The translations under genes were made by a program, and so were the position numbers. 64,000 nt of DNA from Candidatus Omnitrophota bacterium (GTDB taxonomy: Bacteria > Omnitrophota > Gorgyraeia > Gygaellales > Profunditerraquicolaceae). Positions within the stretch are counted from its first letter, which is position 1, and the number at the start of each line of letters is the position of its first letter. Positions 43,796-52,441 of the stretch are shown piece by piece. Where the stretch lies: contig JBAZTA010000003.1 of the NCBI GenBank assembly GCA_041662125.1, positions 7,992 to 71,991 on the forward strand, given 5' to 3'. The notes under the pieces were generated by a model. It was not told the origin of the DNA and made no database searches. It saw only the letters and a program-made list of their open reading frames with translations.

Positions 43796-44834
43796 TGAGT
43801 ACCTCTACCCCTTTCTCGGTAACTAAAACCATATCTTCGATCCTGATTCCACATGTGTTCGGGACATATATACCCGGTTCTACGGTAAATACCATCCCGC
43901 AGGCAAGTTTGTTTGTATCTTTTGCTGATATTGATGGTGCTTCGTGTGTTTCTAAACCGACCCCATGGCCGGTACTATGGCTAAAAAAACTGCCATATCC
44001 TGCCTGTTCAATATGCATACGGGCAGCATTATCAATATCCCGTGTTCCAATTCCCGGTTTTATCTTCTGTATTGCTTGTTTTTGAGCTTCTCGAACGATG
44101 GCATATATCTTTTGTTCGAAGGTATTAATTTTACCTGAAAAGAAAACCCTTGTCAAGTCAGATTTGTAGCCCAGGTAGTCTGTTCCTATATCGATCAAAA
44201 CAGCTTCATTTTTCCTGATTTTTCGTGTTGAAGTCAAATGATGGGGGAACCCTGAGTTTGGCCCAGATGCAACGATGATATCAAAAGCGCTTGCGTATGC
44301 CCCATGGTAGCGTATAAAACGCTCTAATTCTGCGGCAACTTCGATCTCTCTTATGCCGTTTTTGATGATTTTACGTACAAAGTTAAGCGCGGCTATGGTT
44401 ATTTTGGTTGATTTTCTGATCTTTTCAATCTCATCTGGGCTTTTTACCTGGCGTGATCGCTCAATCAGGTTATCAGTTGGGATTAACGCGGTTTGTTTCG
44501 TGCATGATTGCCGTAGTTTTTGGTAGTGCGCATAGGGCAGCTTTGCTGCTTCAAATCCAATCCTTTTGAGCTTAAGGGCAGCGCAGGTATCCGTGATTGC
44601 CTTAAAAACAGGCCCTTTGACCTCTTGCAGTTTGAAACTTTTTAGGTGTTGTTTTATTTCTTCGCTGTAGCGGGCATCGGTGAAGTATATATTGCCTTGT
44701 TTTGATATGATCGCGCAGGCATCACGGCTTGAAAATTCAGTCAGGTATGAGATATTCGCGGCTGAGGAGACCAGCAAAGCGTCTAAATTCGTTTTTTCTA
44801 ATTGAGTATAGGTTTTTCTTATTCGGGGGGTCAT
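43776..44834 (-). CDS. pepP: Xaa-Pro aminopeptidase (M24B)
   Basis: HGVGLETHEAP and other M24 metal ligands. Confidence 0.85.
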   Translation of the reverse strand: MTPRIRKTYTQLEKTNLDALLVSSAANISYLTEFSSRDACAIISKQGNIYFTDARYSEEIKQHLKSFKLQEVKGPVFKAITDTCAALKLKRIGFEAAKLPYAHYQKLRQSCTKQTALIPTDNLIERSRQVKSPDEIEKIRKSTKITIAALNFVRKIIKNGIREIEVAAELERFIRYHGAYASAFDIIVASGPNSGFPHHLTSTRKIRKNEAVLIDIGTDYLGYKSDLTRVFFSGKINTFEQKIYAIVREAQKQAIQKIKPGIGTRDIDNAARMHIEQAGYGSFFSHSTGHGVGLETHEAPSISAKDTNKLACGMVFTVEPGIYVPNTCGIRIEDMVLVTEKGVEVLSVTLNQ

Positions 44835-44865
44835 GAGTTACGTTCTTTTAGCTTTTGACTTATTT

Positions 44866-45297
44866 CTAAATTAGATCTAACAGGGCTTCTAATCCTAAGC
44901 TGTAGCTCTGCGGGCCAAATCCTAAAATGGTGCCTTTAACCACAGGGGTGATCAAGGATGTATGCCTGAATTCTTCCCGTGAATAAATATTTGAAAGATG
45001 CACTTCTATTGTTATGATCCCCGCGGCAGCTAACGCATCTCTTATGGCGACACTGGTATGGGTGTAGGCTGCCGGATTGATCAATATCCCTTGATAGGCG
45101 CGTTTATTTTTTCCGATCAAGTCTACGATCTGACCTTCGTGGTTTGATTGGACAATAGTCAGGCTCGCCTTCCTGTTTTTAGCGATTTTTCTTAACGCGT
45201 CGTTTATTTGTTTAAGGGTGACTTTCCCGTAAATGCCAGGTTCTCGTGAGCCTAATAAATTTAAGTTCGGTCCGTGAATAACCAGTATTTTTTTCAT
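44866..45297 (-). CDS. aroQ: 3-dehydroquinate dehydratase type II
   Basis: ILVIHGPNLNLLGSREPGIYG motif. The likely start is the internal Met MKKILVIH; the ORF track extends to 45342. Confidence 0.85.
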   Translation of the reverse strand: MKKILVIHGPNLNLLGSREPGIYGKVTLKQINDALRKIAKNRKASLTIVQSNHEGQIVDLIGKNKRAYQGILINPAAYTHTSVAIRDALAAAGIITIEVHLSNIYSREEFRHTSLITPVVKGTILGFGPQSYSLGLEALLDLI

Positions 45298-45322
45298 CTT
45301 TAAAAGAGGGTTACCAGCGTTA

Positions 45323-45478
45323 TTAATTTTGGGCTTCGTCAATCAACATGATCGGGATGCCGTCTCGAATAGGGTATTTCTTACCGCATTTCTTGCAGAC
45401 AATTTGTTCTTCTTTTAGTTCAACGTCAGCCTTACAGGCCGGGCAGGCGAGAATATTGAGCAGTTCTTTATCGATCAT
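45323..45478 (-). CDS. Trm112/YcaR-like (UPF0434) small zinc-ribbon protein (51 aa). Not in the ORF track
   Basis: Hand translation gives MIDKELLNILACPACKADVELKEEQIVCKKCGKKYPIRDGIPIMLIDEAQN, which matches the YcaR pattern ...ILACPxCKG...YPIRDGIPVLL. Confidence 0.6.
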   Translation of the reverse strand: MIDKELLNILACPACKADVELKEEQIVCKKCGKKYPIRDGIPIMLIDEAQN

Positions 45479-45515
45479 GGATCCTCCTCACGTATGATCC
45501 TTTTGAGAATTTTTT

Positions 45516-45866
45516 CTATGGTTTCTTTTTGCTTTCAGAAACTGTTATATATTGCATGCGCAATTCATACAGCACATTTTCCGATAGGTCTTCTTCTTCG
45601 CTGGTTAAGTTCCCTTTCGTCTTATCTTTGAGCATGGCGATGGTATCAATAAGAAATTTAGCCTGAGTAAGATTCTCTTCTTTTTTATTGGTTGCGGGGT
45701 TAGGAATGAGCCCTAAGAAAATAGTTGCCTGCAGGGAAAGCGTAGAAACAAAGAAATTAAAATCAGGCTCAGGAGGGATCAGGTCTTCCTGTCCTTTGAG
45801 GGTTTCTTTTTCTTGTTTAGCTTTTTCTTTCCAAGTCTCGTCAATGTTCTTTTTTTGTTCTTCCAT
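45516..45866 (-). CDS. DUF1844-like hypothetical protein
   Basis: PPEPDFNFFVSTLSLQATIFLGL core. Confidence 0.4.
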   Translation of the reverse strand: MEEQKKNIDETWKEKAKQEKETLKGQEDLIPPEPDFNFFVSTLSLQATIFLGLIPNPATNKKEENLTQAKFLIDTIAMLKDKTKGNLTSEEEDLSENVLYELRMQYITVSESKKKP

Positions 45867-45888
45867 GGTTCTCCTTATTTAAAGAAAA

Positions 45889-46710
45889 CTAATATATGAT
45901 CACTCCCGCGTAGCCAACCACACTGCTCGTGTCTTTACTGGCTTTTGCGCTGGTTTGGTAACCGGTTACTTGAGCATGTTCTGCCCCCAATATTTTAGCT
46001 GCGACAATGGTGGTTATGACAGGAGCTTTTCCGCACATTGAAATATCATATTGGTTGATTTTTTCAAATAACGCGTTTTCATCCAGTGCTTTGATGGCAG
46101 TCAGGGCTTCATGGTCTTTTTTGCTGGCTTGTTCTTGTGATTCATAGTGTGTCATATCAGAACTTGCGATAATGAGCGTTGAGTCAGCAAGCTTTAATTC
46201 TTTGATGATCGAGCCGATTTCCTGCCCCAGGTTTTTGAGGTCTTTGAAGTTTTCAGACAGGATAGTAATCGGGATTATTTCAAATTTTTCTTTGCAAAAC
46301 TGCAAAAATGGCAATTCAACTTCCAAGGAATGCTCATCAATGTGGGCAAGAGGGTCGTCTTTGAGATAATGAGATTTGTTTAATATTTGCGTGGCAAGCT
46401 CAGTGTTGATTGTAACATCACCCAGGGGGGTCTGCCAGCTGCCTTCGGTCATTATACTAAATGGAGCCCCACGGCCGGTATGATTAGGCCCGATCAGGAT
46501 GATCGTATTTTTTATTTTAAGGCGTGAAACAGTCATGCCTGCGACTTCCCCGGAATATATATATCCGGCGTGAGGAAGCATACAGGCGATGGCATTGATT
46601 TTATCAGCTTTTTTATTGATAAAACTGCCTAATTGATGTTCAAGTTGCTGCCGGTTTGAAGGATAAAATTGGCCGGCGACCACAGGTTTACGTACGTTAG
46701 ATTTTCCCAT
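45889..46710 (-). CDS. MEMO1-family protein (AmmeMemoRadiSam system protein B type)
   Basis: AGQFYP N-terminal motif. MLPHAGYIYSG. His/Asp metal ligands. Confidence 0.75.
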   Translation of the reverse strand: MGKSNVRKPVVAGQFYPSNRQQLEHQLGSFINKKADKINAIACMLPHAGYIYSGEVAGMTVSRLKIKNTIILIGPNHTGRGAPFSIMTEGSWQTPLGDVTINTELATQILNKSHYLKDDPLAHIDEHSLEVELPFLQFCKEKFEIIPITILSENFKDLKNLGQEIGSIIKELKLADSTLIIASSDMTHYESQEQASKKDHEALTAIKALDENALFEKINQYDISMCGKAPVITTIVAAKILGAEHAQVTGYQTSAKASKDTSSVVGYAGVIIY

Positions 46711-47620
46711 TGAAGAGTTTTTCTAATAATTTCTTGCTTTTTTTTAAATCGCCAGGAGCTGCGGGATAATGAGCTTCGATAACTTTAATTGTTTCTTTGG
46801 ATATATACGGCAGCAGGGTTTTGAAATCAAAGTTTCCTTTTCCCGGAGCCTTGTGATCGTGATAGCCGCTGATATCATGGAGATGAATTCCCAACAGCCT
46901 TTTCCCATATAAGTCTAAGAATGCCTTATGGTTAACAAAACCAAAGTTTTCCAGTACTTGGGCATGGCCGACATCATGCCAATAGAAAATATTGCTCTTG
47001 TTAAACTTGTTTAAGATAATGCCGATTTCTTCAAAGGTAGGTATTTCTCTGTAGTAATATCGTGTTTCAATGCCTAATTGAACGTTACAAAAGATAGCGT
47101 GTTGGTTTAGTTCTTCCAGGCTTTTGAGCGATTTTTCAAAGAACGCAGTAGCGGCATTGCGCCGTTCCCGTATGATTTCCTGCCGTAATACTTCAAATGC
47201 AGGGGTATCTTTAAGATCTCGGACATAGAGATCGATCAATTCTGTGGTCCTGTCAGGAATTTCAACTCTGCCACAATGGAGAATGACTGCTTTGGCGTTT
47301 AGGCGCTGGGCTGTCTCGATAGTCCGTTTTGTAAAATCAACTGCCGTCTTACGCTTCTCTTCGTCCAGAGAAGCCATGTTATAACAATCAGGCAATGCTG
47401 CTTCCCGCCGTAAGCCATCGGGAATCGGGCAGAAATTATGAAGGCTGCTCACGGATACTTCACCAGCTTTAACCAGCTGAGCTATTTCTTCTACGATTTC
47501 GCCTGTAAGATTAAAACTTAGTTCAATCTCTTTAAAACCGATCTTCTTTACTTCTGCAATTATGTCCCGGCCGCGATCTTTACGAAATGCATTCCAAGAG
47601 GTTGAAATGACTAATCCCAT
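46697..47620 (-). CDS. Sugar phosphate isomerase/epimerase (xylose-isomerase-like TIM barrel)
   Basis: GIHLHDISGYHDHKAPGKGNFDF and the upstream ILHCG / HD metal-site pattern. Confidence 0.65.
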   Translation of the reverse strand: MGLVISTSWNAFRKDRGRDIIAEVKKIGFKEIELSFNLTGEIVEEIAQLVKAGEVSVSSLHNFCPIPDGLRREAALPDCYNMASLDEEKRKTAVDFTKRTIETAQRLNAKAVILHCGRVEIPDRTTELIDLYVRDLKDTPAFEVLRQEIIRERRNAATAFFEKSLKSLEELNQHAIFCNVQLGIETRYYYREIPTFEEIGIILNKFNKSNIFYWHDVGHAQVLENFGFVNHKAFLDLYGKRLLGIHLHDISGYHDHKAPGKGNFDFKTLLPYISKETIKVIEAHYPAAPGDLKKSKKLLEKLFNGKI

Positions 47621-47622
47621 CG

Positions 47623-47784
47623 TTATATTCTTTGTTTTGCTTTCCTTCTTTTTTTCTCACTGGGTTTTTCGTAATGTTTACGGTTTCTTACCTCACGCAA
47701 AATCCCTTCTTGTTCGATCTTCCGTTTAAAACGGCGCATAGCCGATTCAAAGGACTCTCCTTTTCTAATCTCAATTTCTGGCAA
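47623..47784 (-). CDS. rpsU: 30S ribosomal protein S21. Not in the ORF track
   Basis: Hand translation from a TTG start, with an AAGGAG RBS 9 nt upstream: MPEIEIRKGESFESAMRRFKRKIEQEGILREVRNRKHYEKPSEKKRRKAKQRI. Confidence 0.75.
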   Translation of the reverse strand: MPEIEIRKGESFESAMRRFKRKIEQEGILREVRNRKHYEKPSEKKRRKAKQRI

Positions 47785-47910
47785 TCTGATCATCTCCTTT
47801 CGGTTTGGATTTTAGTCATAAATTTAATTTTTCAGCTTTTTAATATAACATTAATTTCTGGCTGTGTCAATCATATCTTATGAGGAGGAGTAAGTACAGC
47901 TTTTTTATTT

Positions 47911-48117
47911 AAGACCGGGACTTGCGGCAGAAAGCCGCACACCCGGCATTCCGATAAGCCGGGTGTAAGTTAATCAATCTCTCAAGTCCCGGTCTTATTG
48001 GATAGGCCGGGTGTAAGTGACAATCGTTCAAGACCCGGTCTTGAGTTGTTACCTTAGTTACAGATAAGACCGGGTCTTAGCTTACACCCCGCGCTTATTG
48101 GAATTGCGCGGGTGTGT
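47911..48117. repeat. REP-like repeat cluster, copy E (several hairpins)
   Basis: Core arms AAGACCGGGACTT...AAGTCCCGGTCTT and AAGACCCGGTCTT...AAGACCGGGTCTT. Additional hairpins ACACCCGGC...GCCGGGTGT and ACACCCGCGC...GCGCGGGTGT. One loop is the reverse complement of the copy A loop. Confidence 0.7.
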
Positions 48118-48205
48118 TGCTTTCTGCAACAAATTAGTGGACAAATACGCTATTACAGGTAGAATATTTCATTAGTGTACTATATAAAAAAAGGAGTTTA
48201 TTTCA

Positions 48206-51200
48206 ATGAGTATTGCAAAGCCAAAATATTATCTTAATGCCGCCAATGAATTTGTCATAGAAAACTATAATCTTGCTAAGCCGTTTGCTAATTTTTTTCC
48301 CGGTATTGCGGGCAAATATGGTATACCGATGTGGGCTTTTTATGTCAACCGGGGCCAGGCGATCGCCAGTTTTGGCATAAAAGATAAAGATAACGCGATA
48401 CTTGAATTTCAGCCTGCAAATAAAGCCTGGGAATCGGTTTTTTCTCATGGTTTTCGTACGTTCTTGAAAGTTATGACTAAACAAAGCTTTAGGATCTATG
48501 AGCCATTTCGCTGTGGGTTCGTCAATGAGTCATATGTGGTGTCTAATAAAATGGTTATGACTTCATATGGTTTGAGGCTGGAAGAAATTAATCGGACCTT
48601 GGGATTACGCATTACGGTAGAATATTTTACGGTCCCTCAGGATTCTTACGCAGGGCTTGTCAGGAATGTGACTATTTCTAACTTGTCAAAATCAGCGAAG
48701 TCAATCGAACTTATCGATGGCCTGCCTCAAATCGTTCCCTTTGGCGTCAATAATTTTTTCTTAAAGAAAATGAGCCGGACGATCGAAGCCTGGATGGTTG
48801 TGGAAAACTTAAAATCCGGAGTCCCTTTTTATAAATTAAGCGTTGATCCTGCCGATAAGCCTGAAGTGGTCCATATTGAGCAAGGAAATTTCTATTTGGG
48901 TTTCCACTATGAAAATGGATCGCCTCAGATCATTACTCCTTTGGTTGATCCGGAGTCTGTTTTCGGACCCGGTAATGATTTTTCATATCCTCGAGCTTTT
49001 ATCGCTGCCCGGAAATTTACCTCCTCAGGCACGATGAGCTTTCGCAATAAGACTCCCTCTGCGTTTATCCCGTTATCCTTCCAGCTGCCCGGGGGAGGGC
49101 ATAAGGATTTCCACTGTGTAGCCGGAAATATGCGTAATCTCGGTACCCTGAACGCTTCGATCAAACGGATAACTGCGTCAGGATATCTGGAAAAGAAGAA
49201 AATAGAGAATAAAAGCACGATCGAAGAATTAGAGGTGAATATCAATACCAAAAGCGCAAAGAGGGAATTTGACCTTTACGCGCGTCAGACCTATCTTGAT
49301 AATATTATGCGCGGCGGTTATCCGATCATTTTTGTTTCTCCTCAGTTTGCCCGTAAACCTTTGAAAGCGGAATATCACGCCGCAGTTTTCTACCTGTATT
49401 CCCGTAAACACGGAGATTTAGAACGGGATTATAACCGGTTCTTGATCCAACCGAGTTGTTTCTCTCAAGGCAACGGTAATTACCGCGATGTAAATCAAAA
49501 CAGGCGTTGTGATGTATGGTTTAACCCAAATATTAAAGAAGAGAACATTGTTTCTTTTTTTAATTTACTTCAGTCAGACGGGTATAATCCTTTAATGGTT
49601 AAAGGCGATAGGTTTGTATTAAAAGATCCGGATATGTTCAAAGATGTATTGCTCAGCGTTATGTCAGAGCAGGATACCGTGCTTTTACTTTCCTTTTTGC
49701 GCCACCCTTTCAACCCGGGAGAATTGATCTTTTTCCTTGAAGAGCATGGCATTAAGTTGAGCGTTTCCCAGGACCAGTTCCTTAATATCATTTTGTCTCA
49801 CTCCAGCAAAAACCAGGAAGCAGAGCATGCTGAGGGGTTTTGGACCGATCATTGGACGTATAATCTTGATTTGCTTGAAAGTTATCTTGGAGTCTATCCT
49901 GAGAAGCTAAAAGAAATCGTATTTGAAAACAGGAAATTCACATTTTTTGATAACGCTGAAGTCGTTAATCCCCGAGATAGGAAATATGTCCTCTCTGGTG
50001 ATTCTGTGCGTCAATTCCACGCGGTTTCTCTTGACCATGACAAGAAAAATATGATAGCTCAAAGGGTAACTGATGCGCATCTCCTCCGTGCTTCTTATGG
50101 GACAGGTGAAATCTATAGGACGACGTTGATCAATAAGTTGGTTTGTCTTGTGTTTAATAAGATGTCTTGCCTTGACCCGTTTGGGGTAGGTGTTTCGATG
50201 GAAGCAAATAAGCCTAACTGGTTTGACGCGTTAAACGGCCTGCCTGCCCTCTTTGGCTCTTCGTTGTGTGAGACATTCGAATTAAAACGGTTAGTGCAGT
50301 TTATTCGGGATACGCTGGTGAGCTTGAGCGTACAAACGATAGGTTTGGAAGAAGATATTTGCGCTTTTCTTGTCAAACTGGGAGCATTGATAGAAGCGTC
50401 TCTATCCGGCGGCAGCGATGCTGATTTTCTTTATTGGGATGCCAGTAATACTCTTAAAGAGGAATATCGTCAGAAAACAAAGCTGGGTTTGAGCGGGAAA
50501 GAATCAGAAATAAACGCTCAAGAATTGCTCTCTATTCTTTCGCACGCATTGGTGAAACTTGATCAGGGCATCGCGAAAGCCTTTGATAAAAAATCACAGA
50601 CATATTCTTCATATTTTATTAATGAAGTTGTAGCGTATGAGCCTTTAGAAAAACCGTATGTTCGAGCGACCAAGTTTCAACAAAAGCCTCTGCCCCTCTT
50701 TTTGGAAGGACATATGCATGCGTTACGTTTAACCCGGGATAAAGAAAGCGCCCAGGCGTTATACCAGGCAACCAAAAAAAGCCCGCTTTACGACAAAAAA
50801 CTGAAAATGTATAAAGTTACTGCCTCTCTTAAGACTATGCCTGAAGAGATCGGCAGGTGCCGTATTTTTACTCCCGGGTGGCTTGAAAATGAATCTATAT
50901 GGCTGCATATGGAATATAAATATATATTAGAGCTTTTGAAACGCGGATTGTATAAAGAATATTTTGCGGAATTTAAGTCGGTACTTATTCCCTTTCAGAA
51001 CCCCGAGCGTTACGGACGCAGTATCCTGGAAAATTCATCCTTTCTTGTCAGCAGTGCTTTCCCTGACAAGAAACTGCATGGAAACGGTTTTGTCGCCAGG
51101 CTTTCCGGTTCTACGATCGAATTTATCAATATGTGGTTGATTATGAACCTGGGGCATACTCCCTTTTGCTTAGATCAAACAGGACAGTTGCAATTGCGGA

Positions 51201-51457
51201 TCAATCCTATTTTACCGGGATGGTTATTTGACGTGAAAGGCTCGTATATGTTCCATTTCTTAAGTTCCGTTGTGATAACCTATCATAATCCGAAAAAGAA
51301 AGATACCTTTGGGAACGCTGGCGTATCAGTTAAACGGATCAGTTTTAAAGATGAATCTGGTTATCAGGTCATCCTTGATTCTGATATAATTCCTGCGCCC
51401 TACGCCCTTGGCGTGCGTAACCGCCAGATAACCGCTCTTGATATATACTTGGAATAA
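48206..51457 (+). CDS. Large cytoplasmic protein (1083 aa), function unknown; possible glycoside hydrolase/phosphorylase-like fold
   Basis: Long uninterrupted ORF preceded by an AAGGAG RBS. No signal peptide or TM helix. Only weak, unverifiable resemblance to the N-terminal region of GH94-type phosphorylases. Confidence 0.55.
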   Translation: MSIAKPKYYLNAANEFVIENYNLAKPFANFFPGIAGKYGIPMWAFYVNRGQAIASFGIKDKDNAILEFQPANKAWESVFSHGFRTFLKVMTKQSFRIYEPFRCGFVNESYVVSNKMVMTSYGLRLEEINRTLGLRITVEYFTVPQDSYAGLVRNVTISNLSKSAKSIELIDGLPQIVPFGVNNFFLKKMSRTIEAWMVVENLKSGVPFYKLSVDPADKPEVVHIEQGNFYLGFHYENGSPQIITPLVDPESVFGPGNDFSYPRAFIAARKFTSSGTMSFRNKTPSAFIPLSFQLPGGGHKDFHCVAGNMRNLGTLNASIKRITASGYLEKKKIENKSTIEELEVNINTKSAKREFDLYARQTYLDNIMRGGYPIIFVSPQFARKPLKAEYHAAVFYLYSRKHGDLERDYNRFLIQPSCFSQGNGNYRDVNQNRRCDVWFNPNIKEENIVSFFNLLQSDGYNPLMVKGDRFVLKDPDMFKDVLLSVMSEQDTVLLLSFLRHPFNPGELIFFLEEHGIKLSVSQDQFLNIILSHSSKNQEAEHAEGFWTDHWTYNLDLLESYLGVYPEKLKEIVFENRKFTFFDNAEVVNPRDRKYVLSGDSVRQFHAVSLDHDKKNMIAQRVTDAHLLRASYGTGEIYRTTLINKLVCLVFNKMSCLDPFGVGVSMEANKPNWFDALNGLPALFGSSLCETFELKRLVQFIRDTLVSLSVQTIGLEEDICAFLVKLGALIEASLSGGSDADFLYWDASNTLKEEYRQKTKLGLSGKESEINAQELLSILSHALVKLDQGIAKAFDKKSQTYSSYFINEVVAYEPLEKPYVRATKFQQKPLPLFLEGHMHALRLTRDKESAQALYQATKKSPLYDKKLKMYKVTASLKTMPEEIGRCRIFTPGWLENESIWLHMEYKYILELLKRGLYKEYFAEFKSVLIPFQNPERYGRSILENSSFLVSSAFPDKKLHGNGFVARLSGSTIEFINMWLIMNLGHTPFCLDQTGQLQLRINPILPGWLFDVKGSYMFHFLSSVVITYHNPKKKDTFGNAGVSVKRISFKDESGYQVILDSDIIPAPYALGVRNRQITALDIYLE

Positions 51458-51683
51458 TGTGTTTAGGGTAAAATGATACAGGTTGACTTTGGTAAAATAA
51501 TACTTTCGAAAAAGTGGCAATTTGTGTAAATATGTGTTATATTTAAATTGGAGATAGGAACAAGGGCGTTTGGCCCAAGTTTGGTTTGACAATTTCGAGT
51601 ACTGTAAAAGGCAAACTAGCAGTAATGCTAGGGCGCAAAGCGACAGCCCCGATTAAGTAATCGGGGGGCTGCGTTGCCAGAAG

Positions 51684-51716
51684 GAAACCCTAAAGAATTC
51701 CTTTAGGGTTTTTTGT
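51684..51716 (+). terminator. Rho-independent terminator GAAACCCTAAAG-AATT-CTTTAGGGTTTTTT
   Basis: Perfect 11-bp stem, tetraloop, and a T-run. Confidence 0.65.
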
Positions 51717-51721
51717 TTTAT

Positions 51722-51761
51722 GCCCTGGCCCTGTTTGCCTAAACAAGACCAGGGTTTTTTA
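51722..51761 (+). terminator. Second hairpin plus T-run (CCCTGG...CCAGGGTTTTTT) immediately upstream of a small ORF
   Basis: 6-bp GC stem with an inner TGTTT/AAACA pairing, followed by T6. Confidence 0.4.
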
Positions 51762-51774
51762 TTTGGGGGGTTGT

Positions 51775-52035
51775 ATGAAAAATAACTTTTATCAGGATAA
51801 AAGTCAAAGGGTGGTTACCTTCTTAAACAGGGATGAAGTTGATTTCCTGGATAAATTAGGCAAAGATGCCCTTTTTTCTTCAGGATTAAAACTTTCCCGG
51901 GCAAAATTGATCGCCTGGTTGATAGATTTTACCAAAAAACTGAATATTGACGGTCAAAACTTAAGGTCAGAAGAAGATTTTGAAAACAGGATCCTGGAGG
52001 TTTTGGGCTATACTAAATCCCACCAGCCACGGTAA
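51775..52035 (+). CDS. Small hypothetical protein (about 86 aa)
   Basis: ATG at 51775 (MKNNFYQDK...). The ORF track begins at an upstream in-frame TTG at 51763. Confidence 0.35.
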   Translation: MKNNFYQDKSQRVVTFLNRDEVDFLDKLGKDALFSSGLKLSRAKLIAWLIDFTKKLNIDGQNLRSEEDFENRILEVLGYTKSHQPR

Positions 52036-52096
52036 GGGATTAACTCATTTGGACGATGGGTCAGCCAAATGAGTTTAATGTTAGAGGAGGCACCAG

Positions 52097-52429
52097 ATGA
52101 AAAGAGATCTTATGATCGCAGCGATTATATCCTTAATGGTGATGGGTAGTGTGTATGCAGAAGGCGCATCTTTTTCAATGAGCTGTACCATCCCTTCTAT
52201 TCCTGGAGTAAATGCGCCGATGATCGCCACTGATACGCAAAAGGTTCAAAATGACTCTGCTCAAAGCCAGAGCGGACAAGAGACTTCAAGTGACATGCCT
52301 CATATACAGAAGGATGGCTCAAGTGTTCAGGGCCAGGCAACAGACATAATCCAGCAGGAGAACAAAAAAGAACAGGAATTAAATACTACAGGTGTTATTG
52401 TTATGGTAAAGACATTATACAGCCGTTAG
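52097..52429 (+). CDS. Small secreted Ser/Gln-rich protein
   Basis: Signal peptide MKRDLMIAAIISLMVMGSVYA followed by a low-complexity mature region. Confidence 0.4.
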   Translation: MKRDLMIAAIISLMVMGSVYAEGASFSMSCTIPSIPGVNAPMIATDTQKVQNDSAQSQSGQETSSDMPHIQKDGSSVQGQATDIIQQENKKEQELNTTGVIVMVKTLYSR

Positions 52430-52441
52430 AAAAAAACACTG

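Noticed and set aside
47632-47883. 83-aa plus-strand ORF in the ORF track
   Set aside because: The opposite strand encodes a clean ribosomal protein S21 with a proper RBS. The plus-strand ORF is an antisense artefact.
51640-51700. Possible SRP (4.5S) RNA from GCCAGAAGGAAAC
   Set aside because: The loop is AGAA rather than the conserved GGAA GNRA tetraloop, and the flanking symmetric-loop motifs are absent.
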